DNA of 64,000 nt from the human T2T-CHM13v2.0 reference genome, Homo sapiens (GCF_009914755.1 NC_060947.1), one strand, 5' to 3'. Counted from the stretch's first letter, positions 17,560 through 34,369 are shown. Notes: generated by a model not told the origin, from the letters alone. Translations and numbers: made by a program.

Positions 17560-17842
17560 CTTTTTTTTGTTTGTTTTTCTTTTTGTTTTGAGACGAGGTC
17601 TTGCTCTGTTGCCCAGGCTTGAGTGCAGTGGGACAATCACAGCTCACCTCAAGCTCAACCTCCCCTGGCTCAGGTGATCCTCCCACCTCAGCCTCCTGAA
17701 TACCTGAGACCACACCTGGCTAATATTAGTAAAGATGGGGTTTCGTCATGTTGCTCAGGCTGGTCTCGAACTCCTGGGCTCAAGAGATCTCCTGGCCTCC
17801 CAAAATGCTAGGATTACAGGTGTCAGCCATTGCACCAGGTCC
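17560..17842 (-). mobile_element. AluJ with internal deletions
   Basis: AluJ-like; TSD gtgagaatctt. Confidence 0.85.
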
Positions 17843-17879
17843 AAAAAGTGAGAATCTTAATGGAAAGAGATGCAAAGGC

Positions 17880-18125
17880 CACCTGACACGAGGTATCTAA
17901 GAGTCAAACTCATAGAGGCTAATAATAAAATGGTGGTCGCCAGGAATTGAGGGGAGGCCGGAAAGACGAGTTGCCGTACAGTGGGCGTGAAGTTTCAGTT
18001 ACTCAAGATAAGTTTCAGAGATCTGCTGTACAATGGTCGTGCCTATACATAAAAATACTTTATTATACTCTTAAAAATCTATTAAGAAGGTAGTTCTCAT
18101 AGTATTCTTACCACAATAAAAAAAT
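17880..18125 (+). mobile_element. L1M 3' end fragment (a related fragment lies at ~6085-6200)
   Basis: gagtcaaactcatagag...gagatctgctgtacaa...cttaaaaatctattaagaagg...accacaataaaaaaa. Confidence 0.7.
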
Positions 18126-18148
18126 GAACATAAAAAAAATGAACATTA

Positions 18149-18424
<276 letters not shown>

Positions 18425-19129
18425 TTACCGTCAAAAAAAAGTTTTGACAAGGATCACTTAATACATTTGACCTTTCTTGAGATATTTTTACTGTATGATA
18501 AAGAAATAAAGCTAGATTTTCTTTTCCCCTTGATTATTTTAATCCAATCATTTTCATGAAAAATTCATGACTACCACTACTAATAAACAACTAGAAAATT
18601 ACTTTAGTGCTTTCACAAAAGTGAAGAATATCTTGTGTCTTTTACTTACTTAAAGCTCCCATAAAAACATGAATTTTGTCTTGCTCCCTATGGTATCCCC
18701 AAAACCTAGCAGTGTCTAGAACAAGCACTTAATATTTGTGGAATAAATGAATGAATAATTGCTTTATATGAAACTGGTTTTAGAAAACTCACTTATGTGT
18801 GCAGTAAATATGTTAAGTAAATCTTAAGATAGCAGATTTTACCCATTTAGATGGCACTTCCTCCAAAGACTCTTACCAAGGAGTTCCTGACACTTAATCA
18901 CTGCCCTGTCCATACTAACGCTATTAATTTGCTTCTTTATTACATTTATCACACTGTATTATGACTGTGAACTTCTTGAAAGCAAGAACTTTCTTATTCA
19001 TTTCTATGCAATTAACTGAGTTCTATAAAGTAGAATTTAAAAACCTTGTGTAAGTATATGATCCAATCTGAAGAATGACATGGAACATATCACCATTGGT
19101 ATAAGCAAAGAGACAACAGAGCAGATCTG

Positions 19130-19692
19130 CTTGCTTATTCTTTGCAAGTCTCTGAGAGAACCATGATTGATCCTTGCCCAACCCCTGAGAAGGTGGCCCC
19201 TGGAGTGTTCTTTATGTGAATGATTAATGATTTTGTTATATATACCAGAGCAATGAACTATGCCAGATTAGGTTTGTCAGGGCTGCTTGCACAAACATCA
19301 ACATTGATGATGTGCACCTGGCTTCATTATTGAGGGTCCTGAGTTTCAGCTGCTGTGGCCAGTTGCTAGCAGGAGGTGCCTACATGACCAGCCCCCTAAA
19401 TCCCCTAGAAGCAACAGAATGGGCTTCCCTGGGCAGAGACATTCCACACATGTCCCTGTAGTTCACTGCTAAGAAAACATGCCCTGTGTGGTTTCCTAAG
19501 AGAAAGTACTAGGAAGCCCAAGCTTGACTTCTCTGGACTCCACTGCAGATGCTTATCTTTTTCCCACTTTTTCTTTTTGCTTTGTATCCTTTGCTGTAAT
19601 AAATCTTATTCGTAAGTATAATCGCTATTGAAGACTGTGAGTCCTTCTAGAAAATCACAGAACTTCAGGAAGGTGTGGGACAGCCAATGCAC
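19130..19692 (+). mobile_element. MER21/MER68/MER77-like LTR
   Basis: gcctacatgaccagcccc, gggcttccctggg, tgtatcctttgctgtaataaatc, gagtccttctag. Confidence 0.6.
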
Positions 19693-20252
19693 AAGATATG
19701 CACCACTTAGAACTTGCTCAAATACTGTAAACACAGCTATATTGATTTTCTGAATTGATCTGCACAGAAAATGAAGTTTTATGGACCACAGTTTTCTATG
19801 AAGTATTTAGCAAACACTGGCACAAAAGTGGTGCCCAGTAAGTTAGCACCCTTCCATTTTCCCATGCTTGTTGCCTCCCATAGGAAACTGGTTCCTAAGT
19901 CCTGATGAGTCTCTCTCCATTTCTGTCTATAGATTCCTGATTCCCTTTACACCTTAACATGAATTTTCACCTGGATCAAGTTTTCCAAATGTCTTTCCTA
20001 CCTCTAGTCTAACATACCCACACAATATCAGATGCATCTTCCAAAAACAAGGCTCTAATTATGACACTTCCAAATAAAAAAAAAATACATGTATCAAGTA
20101 CAAACTGCAGACTGTTACAAGAGACCTTCCATATTAGGTTCCCGGACTACTAACCAGTCATATTTCTATCTACTCCCCAACCTGGTGACTCTCTTTTGAG
20201 TCACATCCTCCCTTGGGAATTTGATGACAGCTCTATAAAAAAAGTACACATC

Positions 20253-20567
<315 letters not shown>

Positions 20568-21553
20568 TCATTTCAGGGGTTTACATTCCTTTAGGATCCA
20601 TGATCCCTAACCTCTAAACAAACAACCTCTAAACAAACTCAACTATGCAATAATCTCCAAATACATGATTTACTTTTCTGTCTCTATATCTCTGCACATG
20701 TTTTTGTCTCTGCCTGGATTGTTCTTCCCTCATCTCTGTCTCTCTCAGAGTTGTTTCCATCTTTCATGGTTAATCTCAAATACCACCCTTTCTCTGAAAT
20801 ATGTCCTGACGCCCCTAACAAGAAATAATATTTTTTCTTTCTTGTTCTCACGTAAGACTCTGCTATCAAATGTCTTACGTTACCAATCATGGTCTGCTGT
20901 ATATTGCAGTTATTGGTCTAGCACAGTAGCAAAAAGTATGTGCTACAGAGTCAGACTGCCTTGTTTGCATGTGGATTCTGCCACTTACTGAGTCATACTG
21001 AGCAAGTTGTTCAATCACTGGGCCTGTAACATGGGGATAAAAGTGCCTATGTGATAGGGTTGTTTCATAGGAATAACCGAATTAATGCATTCAAAGGCAC
21101 ATAGAACACATAATCAGTGCCTGGTCATTATTAGTTGCTACCACATCCTCCTCTTCCTCTTGTATATGGAGAGAAACTGCATGTCAGTAGAAATTGTTCA
21201 GGCTTTTAGAACTGGAAGACTGGAGTTCGAATTCTGATTCTGCAACTCAATCGCAGCATCACCTTGAATAAAACTGTGTTCTAAACCTGCCTGCATATAT
21301 GGAATCTCAGATACCACCACCTCTCTCCCAGAGTGGTTGGGAGATTAAATGAAATATATTCGTACTTGAAAATGCTTTGTACATGGAAAAACTATACATC
21401 CTATAGTTTGACTGTAAACTTCAGAAGGGTAGGTACTACATTTTAATCAACTTGGTATTGTAAGAAATATCATTTAAAATGACTTTTACATAGTAAGTTG
21501 ATGAAGTTTCTCACAGTGTCGACTTTTTAAAGTAAAATGTTTTACCTATAAAG

Positions 21554-21754
21554 CAGGGGTGTCCAATCTTTTGGCTTCCCTGGGCCACACTGGAAGAATT
21601 GTCTTTGGTCACACATAAAATACACTAATACTAACGATAGCTGATGAGCTAAAAAAAGAAAAGGTCTGTGCATAAATCTCATGTTTTAAGAAGGTTTACA
21701 ATTTGTGATGGGCGGCATTCTAAGCCATCCTAGGCTGCGGGTTGGACGAGCTTG
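21554..21754. mobile_element. MER30 hAT element with 8-bp TSD
   Basis: caggggtgtccaatc...gttggacgagcttg; TSD ctataaag / ctgtaaag. Confidence 0.85.
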
Positions 21755-22434
21755 CTGTAAAGGGTTAGAAAAGATATTTCCTGTAGCTATCAGTAGGACC
21801 TTCCTTAAAGGGGAAGGTGAGTGCTTTTAATCCATATAAAATGTTTTATTTAATTCCAAGGTATTTTTCTTATTTATATATAAAAAATAAAATAACATTT
21901 ATCACGAAGAATAAATAGGTCATTTCATATCAATTATATCTACTTCACTTAGGCCTATTAATTTTTATAAAATCTGGATTCCTCAAACTCTCTACCTGGC
22001 TCTGACAGCTACCTTCCCCAGGATTCTGATCTTAAGCACACTGCCAAGTCTCTATTCTCCAGTATCTGAAGATTGCTCCACAAATTCCTGCCCCCAGTTC
22101 CCATAACCCCAACTCATTTACTTATATCCCCTATTGTACTACACCTAATTCAGTGAATCACTGGTTAAAATGCTCAGACCCAACCATTAACATATCAGAT
22201 GAAAAGACACAGCAATCAGGGATAATACCTGAAAACTCCATAGATTTTATTTATCTATAAGATCTAAAAATTGAATATTTTATATAATTTATAATATGAA
22301 CTTGAATTGAGAACATGAATTTAAAACACGAACATGAGCATTTAAACATATTAGTAGGTGAAAAATCTGTAGGAAGTCTTAAACATAACTATCTTAGTAA
22401 TATGTTCTGTATTTTTATTAGGAAATAAACTATT

Positions 22435-23403
22435 CTGTTTGGAGGTTCCTCAAAAAACTAAAAACAGAGTTACCATATGATCCAGCAATCCCACTGCTGG
22501 GTATATACCCAAAAGAAGAGAAACCAGTATATCAAAGAGATATCTGCACTCCCATGTTTGTTGCAGCACTGTTCACAATAGCCAAGATTTGGAAGCAACC
22601 TAAGTGTTCATCAATAGATGACTGAATAAAGAAAATGTGGGGCCAGACGCGGTGGCTCACACCTGTAATCCCAGCACTTTGGGAGGCCAAGGAGGGTAGA
22701 TTACCTGAGGTCAGAAGTTCAAGACCAGCCTGACCAACATGGTGAAACCCTGTCGCTATTAAAAATACAAAAAAAATAGCTGGGCATGATGGTGGGCGCC
22801 TGTAATTCCAGCTACTCAGGAGGCTGAGGCAAGAGAATCGCTTGAACCTGGGAGGCAGAGGTTGCAGTGAGCCGGGACTATACTACTGTACTCCAGCCTG
22901 GGCAACAGAGCAAGACTCTGTCTCAAAAAACAAGAAAAAATGTGGTACTTATGCACAATAGAGTACTATTCAGCCATGAAAAAGAATGAGATCCGGTCAT
23001 TTGCAATAACGTGGATGGAACTGGAAGTCATTACGTTAAATGAAATAAAACAGGCACAGAAAGACATACACTGCGTGTTCTCACTTATTTGTGGGATGTA
23101 AAAATCAAAAGAAACTCATGGAAATAAAGAGTAGAAGGATTGTTACCAAAGGCTAGAAAGGGTAGTGGGGTGTGTGTAGGAGGGAGGTTAATGGGTCCAA
23201 AAATTAGAAATAATAATTTCTAGTATTTGATAGCACAACAGGATGATTACAATCAAAATAATTGTACATTTTAAAATAACTAAGACAGTATCATTGGATT
23301 GTTTATAACACAAAGGATAAATGCTTGAGGGGATGGATACCCCATTCTCCATGATGTGATTATTGCCCATCACATGCCTGCATAAAAACATCTCAGGTAT
23401 TCC

Positions 23404-23453
<50 letters not shown>

Positions 23454-23525
23454 TACCCACTAAACATATATCTGTAGTACCCACTATATATATATTATGT
23501 ACCCACAAATATTAAAAATTAAAAA
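22435..23525 (+). mobile_element. L1MA 3' end interrupted by AluS (22641-22938) and a (TA)n(GA)n microsatellite (23405-23453)
   Basis: ccatatgatccagcaatcccactgctgggtatatacccaaaag...aaatgcttgaggggatggatacccc; Alu TSD aagaaaatgtgg. Confidence 0.88.
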
Positions 23526-24852
23526 TAATCCATTTTTTCTGATCTACAAATTCAACATACAAAGAGAAAAAAATAATGCTTTTCTATACAACATTTTCCT
23601 CTATCATGAAATACATATTAAGTAAAACCCCTTATACTTGAGTTATTTCCAAAATTTATAAAAAGTTGCTTTAAGTGATTAAAGTCATAAAATAATGGCT
23701 AGTGTGAAAATTACTGACAGTTCATATCAGCTGATGTAAATGAATCTCAGCAAAATGCTTAGTATAAAAGTTCATTTTATGTACAAACCTGTGAATATGC
23801 TAAAAGACATTCCATTGTACACCTTAAATGGGTGAATTGTAGGGTATGTGAATTATATCTCAATAAAGCTGAGCTTTTTTTAATTAAAAAAAGGCATAAA
23901 AACAAACCAAAAAAAAGCTCAATGTAATGCCTGTTGGTTAAGATGAACTATTCCACTTGTTCACCTAACGGCTAATGCAGAGTTCATTCACACAATTCAT
24001 TCAGGCAGTTTTCTTAAAGCCCAAATATGATACAATGCTTTTACTTGGTATTTTTGTTGTTTGGTTGGCTTATTTTCCCATTTGTGTTTTTGTTTCATGA
24101 ACAAAGCGAGTACAGACTATACCAACCCCAGGAGCCAAAAGTTGCCAATAAGTTGGTAGGTAGTGTTGCCTCAAGGAATGCAATCAATTCATCATTTATT
24201 CACTTTCTCCCTCATTCAATAATATTTATTGATTATCAGTTTGTTCAAGACACCAGGGATGCAGTGGTGAAAAATACTGACAAAGTCAGGTTTACTCTCT
24301 CTTGGTATCATGCTGCTACCAATTCATTGGTAACTTTAGGGGGCAGTGAAATGGGTGAATTACCACTTTCTAACCCTGAGCCTGTGGTATATGGAATAAA
24401 GAGTAAATGTATAAAATAAATATTTAAAGATTTGTCTAAGAGGGTCCATAAACTATTTCCTCTAGGTGTTTTTACTGTTGAAAAATCCCATCAATTAGAT
24501 GGAAAGTCATAATCACACTTCCTCTATTATTACTAGTGTAGATAGATATAGACTATAACAGCTAGAGCCCAACATTTCCAATATTTTAACTAAGACAGAA
24601 AAGGTTGCCAGTGGGTCCAGGAAAGGGAGAAGTTGGGAATGCTGAGAAAGTCCCACCAAAGGAAACTATATCCCATGCTGAGCTCTCTATATTCACCTAA
24701 AAAGTGATCATGTCAGACAGAGTTTGAAATTATGAACTCTTATTATATAAATGGGGAAATACTGTGACCTAAAACAGACCAAAATAATTTCATTACATGG
24801 ACAACCATGGCATTATTTCTATAGAACCAGAGACTATATCATTTCATTATTA

Positions 24853-25143
<291 letters not shown>

Positions 25144-26209
25144 TTATTAGTTCATAAAAATTATGTATCTTAACAATAAAGTACTACTAAGACATTTACA
25201 CCAGCTAGCTACTTAAGAGTTCAATTTATATTGTGAAATGCTTCTATAATGATAAAGAACACAGAACAGCCTGATTGTAAATCACTTAAGTCCTGACCAT
25301 ATTTTTATCTCGATAGCAAAGACAGAATGCCCTTTCCTACAATCACCCTTTCCCATTCTGATGTTTCTAAACAGAAATGTTCTCCTCCTTCCAAGCAGCC
25401 TACCTGCAACTGAACTGAAAGACAGCACAGGTCACATTAGACACCTGCAGGTCAAAAAAGCCTGGAAGACCTTGCTCTTGGGAGCACTGTGGAAATGATG
25501 TTTTGAAAAAAGAACAGAAGAAACGTATTTCACTACATTTTTTTTCCTTATAATTTAAACCTGAAAACACAGAATCTAGCCTCAGAGAATGAAGATACAA
25601 TAGCATGTACAGCATCTCAAAAATAGGTAACATATAATTTCTGATAAGGGTTTTGATGTCAGAAAAAGTTAATCTAGGAAAAATATTTTAGAAAGGAATT
25701 ATTAAGACTTATTTATTTATATATTTTAAATAATTTACATTTTTGAAGTATTTTAATAATGCAAAACAAATAAATGAAAATAAGAACTGAAAGAAGGATG
25801 TCAAAATGCTAACTTAAGGGCTGACAAAATCTAAAGGACTGAGCCTCAGAGACAACTCTGACTTTCCTGATAGAGTAACACCGGATGTTACACAGTCTCC
25901 TGCTTGAAACAAAGCAGCTAACCAGCAGCTTCAGTAAGATCAAGCTGATCTTGGCTCCAAATTTTAAAGAAATGTCTCATATGGGCTTTTGGTAGGGAGG
26001 GCAGAGAGGTACAATGACCGTTGCAAACCACATTTTAACAACATATGCTGCAACAGATTTCTGTGGATGTTTCTGACAGCAACTTCAGTTAAAACTGCAA
26101 GTATAACTTTAAGAGCACACAACAAAAATAATATTTAAGAATATCTAAAGGAGTAGACAGACGGCATAGCTTAGAGCTTATTTGCCAATTACTTTTTAAA
26201 TGTATATTT

Positions 26210-26253
26210 AAATAAGCACAAATAAGCATAAAATAAGCATAAATAAGCATAAA
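26210..26253. repeat. Tandem repeat (AAATAAGCA[C/T]) x4
   Basis: aaataagcac aaataagcat aaaataagcat aaataagcat. Confidence 0.85.
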
Positions 26254-26377
26254 ATTGCAGTATGTCAAGATTTAAAGTTATATTTTAAATGTTTTCTGAA
26301 AGCACATAGATAGTCGATGAAAGAAAACTAAACAGCAATGCTCCCTTCGGTTTACTGAGTTGGCATATATTGATCTA

Positions 26378-26626
<249 letters not shown>

Positions 26627-27074
26627 TTATGAGACAGGTCAGTGTATAGCAGCGATTTCCTCTATTAACAGTGAAGAAAGTTGAAAGCTATCACTATCCT
26701 ATTATTTGGGAGACAACTTCATTTCATCGTCAAAATAAAGCAAAACAAGCAAGGCCACATATTTTTGTGAGATTTTAGAAATCAATCTAGAATGTAACTA
26801 GCAACTGAAATGAACAGAATGCATGGAACGTATTTATTTCTTGCTAATATAGCACTTTATTAATTCAGAGTAAAAACAAGGAAAGTAACTTCCAAACTAG
26901 TTTAAAATGCAAATCTATTTTAAAAGAGATGTGTCCATTAATTTTAACTTCTGTAACCATTAAAGCTAAGATATAATAGTACAAATAAGTAAAACAAGGC
27001 AAATCCAAGAAGAATCTAATTAGAAACATGATAATTCTTTGTATTTATTTTAACTTCCTAGCTAAATAGGAAGG

Positions 27075-27330
27075 CACTATAGCACTCTGTTTAGCAGGAA
27101 AGACTCCAGAGCCAGACTGCTTGGGTGCAAATTCTGGCTTACCACTTACCAAAGCTGTGGGACCTTGGGCAAGCCATAACCTCTGTGTGCCTCATTTTCC
27201 TCATCTATAAAATGAGGATAATAATAGTACCTACTTCATAGAGTTGTTATGAAGATTGAATTAGTTGAGATTTGTAAAATTCTTAGAACAGCATTTGGCT
27301 CATTTAAAGTATGTAAAAATGTTTGTTAAT
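27075..27330. mobile_element. MIR
   Basis: gccagactgcttgggtgcaaattctggc...cctcattttcctcatctataaaatgagg. Confidence 0.8.
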
Positions 27331-27949
27331 TACTCTGTTAATTAAATAAAAAGTACATCATGCCTAGATTATAAACATTTCCAGTAAGTTGTAAATTAAT
27401 GAAGATTTGTAACACATAAATTAGTTATGTCATAAATATATAAATGAAGTTAAAGCCTTGCTAAATTATAAGGTGAAATGAGGGCAAAATCAGCCTGAGT
27501 TAGTAAAAATTTTAAAGTTATTGTTATTTTTATTTTTTGTTTTTAGGAAAAGACGAAACCTAATTGGGGAAACAAGACTAGCTTTCAAATGGAAAATACA
27601 AGGTCACATGCAATTGGAGTGCACAATTTCACACACATGGAGCAAACCAGAGTTGGTGAGATGCTGAAATAATTCAAACAAATAAATGAACACACAGTCA
27701 CAAAATGTTCCATGAAAGAAGTTAACACTTAATGGGATCTCAAGAAATAATCTTAAAAGGCTAAGAGAAAGAGAAAAGACACTTCAGAAAGGGAAAGGTA
27801 TGGAGAGGTGGAGAGGAGCTGAGGCAGTGAAAACATCCTGAAGACAGAATAAGTGGTGGTGGGGGAGGGGCGGGGCAAGGGGCAGGGGCAGGGGGAAGGT
27901 GGTAGGAAGTACTGCTCAGTGGTCAGGTCCTGGAGGTCTAAATGTTACA

Positions 27950-28285
27950 GCAGCATTTGCTGAAGATACTATCCTTTCTCTATTGAATTTCCTTGGCATC
28001 TTTGCCAAAAATCAAGTGGGCATATACATATGGGTCTAATTGTAGACTCTATTCTGTTTCATTAATCTTTGTCTATCTTTTTGCCAATACCTCAGTCTTG
28101 ATTACAGTAGCTTTACAGCGAGTCTTGAAACCAGGTAGTGCCAGTCCTCTGTTATTTTTCAAAATTGTTTTGGCTCTTCTACGTCATTTGCTTTTCCATA
28201 TAAATTTCAGAAGCACTTTGTTAATTTCTACAAACACACACACACACACACAAAAGCTCATATGGATTTTGATGGGAATTATGCT
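27950..28285 (-). mobile_element. L1M ORF2 fragment
   Basis: tttgcttttccatataaatttcagaagc; source of ORF 27993..28361. Confidence 0.75.
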
Positions 28286-28575
28286 CACTCACATCAACAG
28301 CCTTCTGGGTGCCTTCCACTCACCCTTAGTAAGGAAGAGAGAAGAGCAAGAACAGGAATAACCAGCCCTTAAGGTGGACACACAGGTTAGGAGATGCTGT
28401 CCCATGATAGAATCCAAGAAAAGAAGCTTTTTCTTCAGCCATTTGACATTTACGTGTATATTTGCAAAGGCAAACGTGTACTAGCCATTGACATTTTAAA
28501 AAACCCTAATTTTACTGTTGCCAAAGTATAATCTCTATTAATTTTACAAAGCCACGTTACTGGAATGAGACCTCA

Positions 28576-28692
<117 letters not shown>

Positions 28693-28824
28693 TTAAAATG
28701 GGACAATTATTTTATAGCAATGAAAATGAACAGTAGTCCAGGACAAATGGTAACTAAGTGATAGAACCGAGATTTAATAGCGGGCTTGTCTGATTCCAAA
28801 GTCAATGTTCTTAACGAGCAAACC

Positions 28825-29305
<481 letters not shown>

Positions 29306-30445
29306 GTATTCTATTATGCTGCCTCCTCACCAATCTGATCCATTACCTAACCTGCCATCACCATTATCAAGCTCACCTTCTACCACATTCAATGAAAAAC
29401 CGAAGACCAATATTGATAGGCATACACCTATCAGTCAAAGTTGTTCATTCATTCATCTACATATTCAAAAAACATTTAAAGAACATCTCCTACGTGCTTG
29501 GCATAGGGGCTGCAAAAAGATGACTAAGATAGAATCCCTGGTCTCAAGGATCCCATAGTCTAAACAATCCTGTTAGCTTGTCTATTAGATAAGATATTTG
29601 AGAGTAAGGGTCATGGTCACTGTGACTATCCTCAGGTGTTTAGACTATGCTCAATAAATACTTTTTGAACACATGGAATACTTTAAAAGTTCCATAACAA
29701 TTCCCATAAACAGCATGAATATGATAAGCTACACTGAAATTTTGAGCTGAAATTAAAATTTAGCCAGGAAGATAAAAAATACTGCTCTTATTGCTTCTCA
29801 AGGAATCTCCATCATCCTTTCAAGTTTAGCTGATGTTCACAGGTTATACCCAAACAGAGGTTTTGCATATAACATCCAGAAAGCTTTGTAAGGGTATTAT
29901 ATATCTAATATTTTCTGGAACACTCCTGATTTCAAATATTTTGTCCTGTTGTTCTTTTACACTAGTACTAATCAATCCCTAGTCTCGATGTTTCGTTTAC
30001 TTCACCTAGTCACTATATAAAGCAGGATAAGTATGTTTTATAAAACCAGCAACCAAATAGAAGCATAATGTCCACAACTGTATTAAATGAGAAAAGCTCA
30101 AAATTCTAACATATGTTTGTTCTCTGTATATACAATAACAGTAATATGTAAGTAGTTTTACAAACTAACAAACAAACAAAAAAAGATGGGGGATATTCAA
30201 ATGCAATACTGTAAAATCATTACTTCCTTTGTGGTCCCTGGATTTAAAATCAATCTGATTTTTAGACCCTAACATATAAAAGCAGTTCTGAATATCATAT
30301 AAAAGATAAGTTAAATGCTAATAATATTCAAGCAAATGTCAGAAAATAAAGAACTAAAAGCTTTATTATTTATGACATTAAAGAACTACACAGTCAACAT
30401 AAAAATACTTTATACAGTTTGTGAAAAGATAAAAAGATCCCAAAC

Positions 30446-30538
30446 CTTTGACACATGTTGGCTTGCTGATGGCTGACTTTGATCCTAATCCTAACTGACC
30501 CCAGTTGTTACTGCCAAACATGTAAAGTTTATTATTTC
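30446..30538 (-). CDS. RPGR: RPGR exon 3 (93 nt; [31 protein letters not shown])
   Basis: ctaccag|GA AAT AAT ... AAA G|gtttgg; RCC1 repeat motif GxNxxGQLG. Confidence 0.97.
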
Positions 30539-30989
30539 CTGGTAGGAGGGAAAAAGAAATAATCAATTGAAGCATTTTTCACATAATGTAAGATGAGGTC
30601 ACCACAAAGCAATAAAAAGCTATACTTTTAAAATGTCACTGCTTTTCTGTGTTGAAATAAGTTACCTTGTTCATCTATGTATAACCAGTTTCTATTAGGT
30701 GGAAAAGAGTTTCTAAAATTATACGGTAACAGGTTTTTTTAAAAAATTATATTGAAATAGATTCATTCCAAGAAAGTTGTGTGTATAGAAAATCATACTT
30801 AAATATACTAAGGAAACTTAAAATTTAAAAGATGCTCTTGATGACTTATTTTGTGAAGAATTCTCCAGCAAAGTAAAAAACAACACTTTTGATAATATTT
30901 TCAACATGTTTAAAACACAGCAGCATATCTATAACAAAATATTTAGAATTTTCTAAGTATTACTGTCCTTATTCAGGATTGTAATACTA

Positions 30990-31142
<153 letters not shown>

Positions 31143-31679
31143 TTATAACTTTTACTATGTTGCCTGTTATTAAAATAACTTTTGAGTAATTTATCCATAC
31201 AAACCCCTTGTCTCATGACAGCTTTGCCCCCACTCTGGCAATGTTTAAGCCTTCCTTCTTCCACCTTAATTCAGTCTTTCTTATTCCTCAGACTCCATTC
31301 TAGTTTTATCTATGAAATCTACTAAATTGAACATGTATTACTCATATACTGGTATAAAGTAAGAAATATACTATCACAAGGAAGGCAGTCATCTATTACT
31401 AATAGTTCTGCTGTCACCAAGTAGATGTCTATTCCCTGGAATGAAATGGCACAATCTGTGCTATTCTTGTTCTAGTTAACACCTCATGGTCTGGCCTCTG
31501 ACTGAGAGCTTTTCTCCACACACAGAAACAGGACAGTATTTCGTTTCCTCATTAACATCATCAGGCTATCCATGGGGAGAGTCTCTATCAGTCAATTTGG
31601 ATTTTCTTTGGTCCAGTTTTTCCAAGGAACCTCCAGTGTTCTCATGTAAGGGAAACAATGTTAGCCCAAATGGTGAACT

Positions 31680-31993
31680 CTTTTTATTTTTGTTGAGACA
31701 GGGTCTCACTCTGTCACCCAGCTTGAAGCGCAGTGGCACAATCACGGCTAACTGCTGCCTCGACCTCCTGGGCCCAAGCAATCCTCCCGCCTCAGCCTCT
31801 GGAGTAGCTAGGACTATAGGCGTGTGCCACCATGTCCAGCTAAATTTTGTAATTTTTGCACAGACTGGGTTTTAGCATGTTGTTCAGGCTGGTCTCAAAC
31901 TCCTGGTCTCAGGCTCAGGTCTCAAACTCCTGGGCTCCTGCCTCGGCCTCCCTAAGTGCTGGGATTGCAGGCGTGAACCATGACACCCGGCCA
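31680..31993 (-). mobile_element. AluJ with a small internal duplication
   Basis: TSD aaatggtgaactctt; ggtctcaaactcctgg repeated. Confidence 0.88.
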
Positions 31994-32362
31994 AAATGGT
32001 GAACTCTTAATTTCTCTGTTGGTAATCCCAATGAATACCCATAAAACCGGAGACAGCACAGAGAGAAACAAATTACTCCACCACTATCTCTTTCATTCGA
32101 ACTAAGGGAAAGCAGCTAGAAAAAAAACCATAGGCTTTAAAGGCAATTAGGTATTCAAAGGTTGTTGTAAGGATTAAATGAGATGACATGTATAAAGAAC
32201 TTAGCCCAGAGCCTAGCATCCTCAAAGTGTTAGCTCAATAGCTACCTCTGTAAACTCTTCCTCTACCATAAGAGTTGGAAATGATCACTGGCTTCTCTGA
32301 ACTACGTGATCTGTAGAATTTATATGGCAAATAATTGTGCTACCTAGCAATCTCTCTAATCA

Positions 32363-32785
<423 letters not shown>

Positions 32786-34369
32786 GTCACTGCTTTTCTG
32801 TGTTGAAACACAGAGTTCACCATTTGTTACCCCAAATGTTGTTTTTTTCCAACTATTTTCTAAGGTTACAGAGGGTATGCACTACCCATATTGCCTAGCA
32901 CAAAGTAGCCCTTGTGTGTTCTACTTTTCACACAGAAAAGGTCCCCCTTACACACATGTATATTCGTAACTGTTGAATGTTTTGTTTACCAATTCATCAT
33001 AATGGAGAGTTTGTAGTCAAATATAACTTTCAACATTGTTAATATAAAAGACAGGTTACCAAGTCGTCAACAAAGGAGCACTTTAGCTTTTCCTGATTTC
33101 TGAGAATTCAGAATGTTTAGGGATCCAGTTATAAAATGAAAAGATCCTCTCAACACAGCTACTCAGGAAGTTTCTAATTCTCATCTTACTCATGCACTAT
33201 AGTTAGTTATAGAGATGTCTTTTTCTCTTTCCAGAAACAGTACATGGGAAAGGACGGTTTATCTTTCCCCCCAAAACATCATCACAAAATGCCACGGTCC
33301 TAGGAGATTGGGAGAGGAGTACATGGGGATGTTGAGATTTTAACATTCTTACATCAAGTCATTACCTGATCTGAGTAGTATTCACAAACTGTTGTGGCAC
33401 AGCGTCATTTTGAAGAAAGACTAAAAACCCCTACCATTTCCCAATAACCATTTAAACACACACATACACCAAATAGTAGGCCAGGTCCAGCTTTTGGGGA
33501 AATCCCAAGGTGGGTGATCACACATAAACTAATTCGTACCAGAAAGGAAAACATAGCGAATATAAGTATTAATAATAAATATTAATACGCAAGAGACTAG
33601 CCACTGTGGACAACTTTTTGAGAACCACTGTGAGGCATCTCAGTTCCAACTAATAATTGAGTTGGGAGACTAGGATCTAGAACAGACTCTGAGTTTCCCC
33701 AGAATGAATTACTTTAACATTTTAACTGTTTTGTCTTGGCTCCCCTGGCTTCCCTGATACCCTCATCCCAAGCCAAGGTTTGGTGGCTCTGCTCTGGCCC
33801 TGTAATATCTACTGTCAATTTATATGGTCATTTTGTTTACTTTCCTGTATGTCTCACTAAATTGTGAACTGCAGGCCAGGAATGTCAGTTCCGGCCAGGA
33901 GCATGGAAGAAAACATACATATTTCAGTGAAGGTATGATTCTGCTCAAACCCAGTGTTTTTTCAAAATGGTCGTGACCTATTAGTGGGCCAGAAAATCAA
34001 TTCAGTGGATCACGATCAGCATTTTAAAAGAATGCATTATCAAAAAGGTGTGTGTGGAATCTAAGTGGATAGAACAAGGACTGCTTCACCAGACATCTAT
34101 TTCTGTTACACGGTATATATGGAGTATCGGGTCACAATGTCAAAAGTATTTCTAACTATGGAGCTCAGGAAAAAAAAGGCTAAAAAACACTCGCTAAAGG
34201 GTCCCTCTTCTCCCTCTTTGTCCAATTTATTTCCTGTATCCCCTTTTACCCCACAGCCCTGATCACTCACTCTTTACTGCATTCAATACATAACCGGGAG
34301 CTCAGGACCTCCAAAGTGCACAAGTCTGGAGTCCGCACTTTGGGGAGTTTACAGAAAGTGTCCCTCCCT

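Noticed and set aside
24027-24419. 130-aa plus-strand ORF in RPGR intron 6
   Set aside because: No recognisable motif, overlaps L2/MIR-like text, no promoter or splice support.
33566-33588. Palindrome GTATTAATA-N5-TATTAATAC
   Set aside because: Short and AT-rich; expected by chance.
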